From Klebsormidium nitens (Eukaryota; Plantae; Klebsormidiophyceae): DNA of 64,000 nucleotides. The notes below the pieces were generated by a model. That model did not search any database, was not told the origin of the DNA, and saw only the letters and a list, made by a program, of their open reading frames with translations. The translations under genes were made by a program, and so were the position numbers. Positions 57,616 to 64,000 of the stretch are shown here, piece after piece; within the stretch, counting starts at the first letter, position 1; every line of letters begins with the position of its first letter. Where the stretch lies: the NCBI GenBank assembly GCA_000708835.1, contig DF237160.1:30406-94405 (forward strand). The letters run 5' to 3'.

Positions 57616-60600
57616 ATGAAGGCTGCGCTGTCATTCATGCGCCAGAGGGTGCCAGAAAGACCTGGCGACAGCAGTCTGCCTGTTGAAGGAGGCAAGCAGG
57701 GCCAGTCAGGGTCTCTGAAAGTAGAGCAAGCTCGTTCAGTGCTGCAACGATTCTTTGGACACGCCCACTTCAGGGGCCAGCAAGAAAGAGCTGTTTTGGC
57801 GGCGCTCAATGGCCGGGACTGCTTTGTCCTCATGCCAACAGGTTGGTCCCCTCATAGAATATGTGATGTGCATGGTATCTAAAGCAAGTGGATTGGTTCA
57901 AAGGTGTGATTGTTGCAACCTCCTGCAAGCGATCCCCCTTTCTAGACTTGATTGGTCACTAAGAGACAATGAATCCAGTCATCTCCAGAGACCTTGTGAA
58001 AGACTCTTCTCAGAGAATTGCAGTGAGAAGGTGGTGCAGTCTCAGCTTTGCTTCTCTTCTTCAATCGCATCCACATCATCATTCTTATTGCTTGTTCGAT
58101 ACCGCAATGCTGAGAATTTTATTTGCTGCCGCAGGTGGAGGCAAGTCTGTGAGTGGCCTACCCCCCTGTCTTCAGATGTTCACCGCCAGCGCTTGTTCTG
58201 AAACTTGTCTTGGAACAGTGTGTGATCATCTGTGATAGCAAGTGGGTTGTTTGTTTGCCTCCAATTGTTTCTCAATGCAAACACTGATTGATGAGACTAG
58301 ACATATTATGGTTGACCAAGGTGATGATGGTTGTGCTTCCCAGGTGTGCTATCAATGTCCAGCACTTTGTGGAAGAGGCCTTGCACTGGTGGTTTCACCA
58401 CTTATAGCCCTCATGGTAAGAGCACCTCTTTAGATTCAGTTGCATAACCTGACTGGCTATTCATGATTAAAGTGTAGCCTTCATCGAAGGCGCAGGGCAT
58501 GAGTGCAACTTTTCTGTCGGGAGTTTTGGTGTGTAGATTCCAGTGCAGAGAGAGGGAGAGGCGGATCTGTGAGTACACGAGTGTGAAAATAGATAGGAAG
58601 CAAGGGATTCCTTGTTGATGAGCTCATGTTGACGAGCTCGAATCTCAATGTATCTGCAATTGCAGGAGGATCAAGTTGCTGCCTTGAAGAGGAAGAACGT
58701 CCCAGCAGAGTTCCTCTCTTCCACTCAGAAGACGTCATTGAAAGCGGAGGTGAGCCTGAGACTTTTCAACTTGACTCTGGCTACTGGAGAGACAGCTGTC
58801 TTAGCTTCTGAGAGGTTCGCTTCAGGACCTGAACCTCCCAGCTTTGACAGGGTCGATTCGAATCAGCACAGGAGACCGCTCCAGGTGGTATTGACTCGTA
58901 AAACCCATTCTTTTGACCAGCAAGCTTGGCAGACATGATTTGGATCACGGATATAAGCATTTCAATCGTCCAGACCTTCTCATCCTGGCACAAGAGACTC
59001 ACATCTCCTACCTTCTTGTCTGCAAAGAGAATCAGATATCCTGTTCTCCAGATCTACGACGACCTGGCATCCGGGCGACCAGAAACCAAGCTTCTCTATG
59101 TCACCCCCGAGCTGATCGCAACCAAGGGCTTCATGGCCAAGCTCAGGAAACTGCACGGGAGAGGCCTGCTCAGTTTGATTGCCATTGACGAGAGTCATTG
59201 CATCTCTGCCTGGGGCCACGACTTCCGGCCAAGCTACGGGCGCCTTGCCGCACTCAAAGAACAGCTCCCAGGTGTGCCAGTCATGGCCCTAACGGCCACT
59301 GCAAACAAGACGTAAGTTCTCAGAAAGACTTAGCTTGACGCAATTTACGAGAGTATTGAACCTTCCTCAAGCAGGAGTACGCAATGCGTTGATTTTGAAT
59401 CCTGGTTTCTGGGGATGTGTTGCTGCTTGAGTAGTCAGTGTTTCTGGACGGATTGCCAGTTATGGCCCTAACGGCCACCGCAAAGAAGACGTGCGTACGG
59501 CACTGGATTGCGAGCGACGTACACTCAGAGACTTCCTTAGTCTAATTCGACTAGATTCGGCTCAGCTGGACCCTGCCTGAAAGAGCTCAGTCTTGAGATT
59601 TGGTCCGTGTCACGTCAGTTCGGGCTAGCTTGAGAGATGTCTTGATACAGTTTCGGTTGAGGCTTCCATTCAAGATATGCTTTTCTTCGACAGAGGTTGG
59701 GTGTTCTAACGTGTTTACCCAATTTTTAGACGATGTACAAATGATGTACGAACCGCATGCATGAACTACGAATCCCGGTTGAATGGAACAATTTGATCAC
59801 TGTGTCCAGAGTTCAAGAAGACATCCTGCGCTCGCTCAACTTGGAACGGCCGCTCATTTTTCAAGCTTCTTTCAACCGACCGAACATCCGCTACGAAGGT
59901 GAGCGAAGTCGCGCGCTTCAAAGAAGACGTTTTGGACCAATCTTTAGCAGCTTCGTACGAAGACTTGGGTGCTCCAGTGTAGGTACTCGTCCGCTCTTAA
60001 GCATGGCTTGACTTGTCAAACGAGTTCTCTGCTTCATAGAACTGTTGGATGTCAGTTTGAAAGGTATCAAACGGCCGAACGAAAGGGAGGGCACTCCTCT
60101 TGACCGTTTCTGAGTGCATAAACTGGTTATTAGGCAATAAAAGTCAGCCATCTTCCGATACATCATGCGGCAATTACCCCTCGCAGGAATGATCAATCGG
60201 TGCTCCGGCAAATACTCAGTTCGTCCGTTCCAAATATTGAGGCTTTTACACGGATACTGTCACGCATGTTTGTGGTGTTCGCAAGCTTGAACTTTTACGC
60301 CTCAAGGACTCTTCCCGTGCAGTCCGCTTCAAGGACGTCTTTCCTGGTCAGGACGCGTTCCAGAAGCTCGTGCGGCTGCTGAACGACGTTGCGCGATCGT
60401 ACTTATTCTGTACGCTCATTCATGTTTGTTTGTGGTCCTGGCGAGCTCAAACGTGCGAAGCGCTGAGAATTCTTCTCTTGCAGTGCGCTTCAAGGACGTG
60501 CTGCCTGGTCAGGACCCGTAACCAGGACCTCGTGCGGCTGCTGAACGTCAAACCGGGCCGGTGCACGACTCTATTGACTCTGTACCCTCGTTCTTGTAAC

Positions 60601-63600
60601 TTTGAGGTTTGGCAAGCCGTTACTCTCAGTTTTGAAAGACTTCTCTCTTGCAGTGCGCTTCAAGGACGTGTTGCCCGGCCAGGACCCGTACCGGGACCTC
60701 GTGCGGCTGCTTAATGCTGAGCCGGGCCAGTGCGCGATCGTGTACTGCCTCTCGCGCAGCAGCTGCGACGGGCTCGCGGCTAGGCTGTTGAGCAACGGCA
60801 TCCCTTGTAAACGTGAGCATTATGCAAGGTTCCGTAAGAGATCTGCTTTTTGTTATGAGTCGTTGAATATCAACAAATCTATGGCGATACAAAGATTTTG
60901 TTGATCTCTGGTTTCAGTAGTCCCACAGCATCCTCCGTACAACCTGCTTGTCTATGTTCATCCAGCACCAGGCTGTCTAATCCACGACCACATCCACCAG
61001 ACTGGCTAATTACATTCTTCCAGCAGACCTCGCAGGCTGCCTGGAAGTAGCTGTAAGCGATTCTAACAACCAATATATGAGAGTGTCTGCTAATTCAGTA
61101 CTGAGCAGTACTAACTGAACAAATTATGACGGCATACAGCGTACCATGCCGGTTTGCCGGACGCCGAGCGGTCGCGCACCCTCAAGGACTGGGTCACCGG
61201 GAGGATCCCCGTCGTTGCAGCCACTATAGCTTTCGGGTAAGGCTTCGGTCGCTGTACAAATCGTTCGAACCTGCTCCTCTTGCACAGTCTTCAGCTTTTC
61301 TGAGAAACTCTTGGCGGGATGTCCTCGCCCCATCGGCTGGCAACACGTGTCGAAACAGTCCACGATCTCGACTAGGATTTCTTTTGACGAAACCGGTCGG
61401 CTTCACCGCCTTGCGAGGCCGATCCAAGTACGGTCAGGTGCCTCAATGCACCACTTGATTAATGGAAACCGAGGATGCAAAGCTGAACTTCCGTCACCGT
61501 CTCTGGAGATCCGTTTGGTTATCATCCCTCTGATTAATGGTGAGCATGCTTGAGCATATTATGGACCGTCAATCGAAGGGCCAATAATCGAGGCGGGGTC
61601 GCATTCTGACTTCGACTGACGTGTGGTCCACCTGACGGCATCAGAGAACCACTTAGAGCTTCTTCGTTTCTCCAATGAAACGCATCACTCTGAAGGCCCG
61701 CAGCTAAGTTCTGATTCGTGCTAGTCAATGCGAAAGCTGTTGTCGGACGTCCGCTGCAGGATGGGGATCGACCGAGCGGACGTCCGGCTCGTGGTTCACT
61801 TCAACATGCCCAAGTCGATCGAAGGCTTCTACCAAGAGTCAGGCCGTGCGGGGCGTGACGGGCAGCCCGCAAAAAGCGTTCTGTATTACGGAAGCGAGGA
61901 CGAGTCCCTGATGGTAAGAGGACGGGCGTCTGGGACGCATTTGTTCGGTTGTTTGTTCAAAATGTGGCCGGTCGGTCGATCTTGTTGTGTCTCTTTCTTT
62001 TCTGAATGGCTGGCAGTATATCTGCTTTTGCTTTCAAGTGCCTGGCAGTGTCTTCGCTTCTGACAATGATAGCAGAATCAGCGTTTGCGCACTAATTCTG
62101 CTCGGCTTTGGTGGAAGTTCTGCAGGGTCAAAGTTCACATCTTGAGTCTGCCTTTCAATACGTTGATACGAGAATCCGGTAAAGCACGTAAGGGGATCAG
62201 CACAGGACGCGAAAGCACAGAACATAGACCGTGTCCGTCCCGCGGCATCGATTCAAACTACACTTGAGGCAGTCGTCGTCTTCATGACGTGGGCACATGA
62301 CGTGGGCACTTGGCATTACCGGGCAGGCGATCAGGTAGTTTCGGTCGTTCAGGTCTAGGGCGAGTCTCAGAAAAGGAAGGCCTCAGATCGTTGATAAGCC
62401 ATTTACTCGACCACAATTGTCGGCAGTACTGTGCTGAACACGCCGTCTCCTGCACCTGTCTGCAGCAATTCATTCTTCGAAAGGAGGTCGCGAAGATGCA
62501 GCAGAAACAGGGACCAAAGGCCGCCAACACGGAGCACGCATATGAGGCGTTCCAAGAGGTGCAGCAACCGACGTGCTCATTTTGTTGAACGCATTGGTAT
62601 GTCTGAAAAACCTTAAGCGCGCGCGTCTGCGATCCCTCTTGTCCTTGCCTGCAAGACTCTAGAGCTGCCATAGGGTCCCCTGATACCCTAGCAGCGTTGT
62701 CTTTAATCTGCTGCAGTTCGTTCTTCAAGAGCCACCTGAATGATTGTTAGCAAGGCCTTGCCAATCGATAAGACTGATCAAAAATCATCTGACAGGGACG
62801 TTTCGTCTTGTGCATCCGGCGGCCCTTTACGAGCTCGCTTTTTCGGAAAAACATTCTGCTTTTCACATTCTAAATATGTGCGATTCAATGGTTCGCAGGT
62901 CGTCAAGTACTGCCAAGAAGCGGGCTGCCGCCGGAAGAGACTGCTTGCTTACTTTGGTGAAAACGTGAGGCCGCGTGTGTAGTCCATCTCACAAGATACT
63001 CCTGATCTGCATGCGCTCATAGACAATGCACAGAGAATTATATTTCCCATCCTTTTGCTGGCACCTGTCACAGAATTGAGTTCTTTTGAGTCGATGCTAA
63101 GGAAGAATCGATAACACCGGACGCTAGCTAGCCGGCAATCCGGAGTATCTCGCACGGAGCGCTGATTTTATGGCCAGCACTTCCCTTTGGAGACTCTCGC
63201 CTATCCTAGCGGGCAAAGCGTGCCCGAAAGGAAGACCACAGCTAGAGGACGCCTTGACGGCGATCGCTGTTATCTATGATCCGTAAGTCTCTGCGAAGGT
63301 ATAAATTGTGAAGTTATAGAGATGATCTGATTTGTCTGCAGGTAGACGTCAGCTTGTGCGAAGGTAAAGGCTGCGACGCCTGTGCGGACCCCCAGAAGCT
63401 GGACCTCATGCTCGCGCAACTGGCCCGGAAAATGAGCGAGCGAGCCGCGGGAACGAGCAACTACCGGGGAAACATGTGAGGTCTCATCACCATTGCTCTT
63501 CTTTGCGTGGGCTGGTTGACCACAGGAAGTGCTCGGCGCCGGATACTTGATAAAGTCCCAATCAGGTTTGGAAGGAGACGAGCCGAGAATTATTGCTTGG

Positions 63601-63912
63601 AGTGGCTTGTGCTTTTTGGAATCCGGGCTGGCCTGTCCGTAATGATTTTGAAGAGTCTCAGCTGACAGGGCTACCTCTGTGTTTACAAGGGTACCAAACA
63701 TTTCCCAAAGGCATTCCGCTCTTTCTTTCGTTCTTCTTCCGCAATGAGGATCCCTCGTTCCGCGCGCATCTTCCTGGGTCCACTTTCTATGGTGGTTTCA
63801 ACGGTGCGACGAACATAGCGACAAGAGAACTATTGTTTGCCTCGCAGGGCTTCCAGCACGGCCGAGGAAGACAGCTACGAGATTCCAAAAAGCTCTTTCA
63901 TTCTTTCTACGG
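57616..63912 (+). CDS. RECQL3: RecQ-family DNA helicase, plant RECQL3 type (RECQL5-like); 3' end uncertain, probably continues past the window
   Basis: Exons 57616-57841, 58135-58148, 58344-58415, 58666-58749, 59052-59311, 59810-59898, 60654-60812, 61140-61236, 61760-61913, 62466-62558, 62899-62964, 63342-63475, 63848-?. Motifs: [105 protein letters not shown], and the RQC zinc site [18 protein letters not shown]...CDAC. Confidence 0.95.
60310..60720 (+). repeat. ~165-bp-period triplication of RecQ exon 7 acceptor plus exon head; two non-functional copies precede the real exon
   Basis: gcag|t(c/g)cgcttcaaggacgt...caggac...ctcgtgcggctgct starts at 60323, 60484 and 60654 (real). Confidence 0.9.
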
Positions 63913-64000
63913 TATCCTCCACTTTCGTTGCATGCAAACGCTCCTGAACAAAAGTGCCTTTCAAACGATGGCAAACGTGACGACGAGAATGATTTTGCCT

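Overview
Eukaryotic nuclear DNA that is intron-rich and encodes plant-type proteins. It is most consistent with a streptophyte green alga (Klebsormidium-like); this is inferred from protein similarity and intron style, not from a database search. Reading splice sites by hand gave frame-consistent models for: a secreted proline-rich glycoprotein (minus strand, runs off the left edge); a conserved plant Lys/Arg/Ser-rich protein; isoamylase 3 (23 exons); fumarylacetoacetase (14 exons, one GC-AG intron); an AllA/ureidoglycolate-lyase-like protein with a transit-peptide-like extension; an intronless coiled-coil/BTB/MATH-like protein; an ADCK1/ABC1 kinase; and a RECQL3-type helicase that probably runs off the right edge. 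The 8-16 kb segment is a decayed zone containing an intron-retaining WDR11 pseudogene. Two MITE-like inverted-repeat elements are present. The most unusual signals are: (i) degenerate tandem 'echo' copies of splice site plus adjacent exon inside introns of at least three genes; (ii) strong CpG depletion limited to the 5' part of gene bodies; (iii) palindrome-dense intergenic islands, which also occur between convergent genes. No rRNA, tRNA, CRISPR array or autonomous transposase was recognised.
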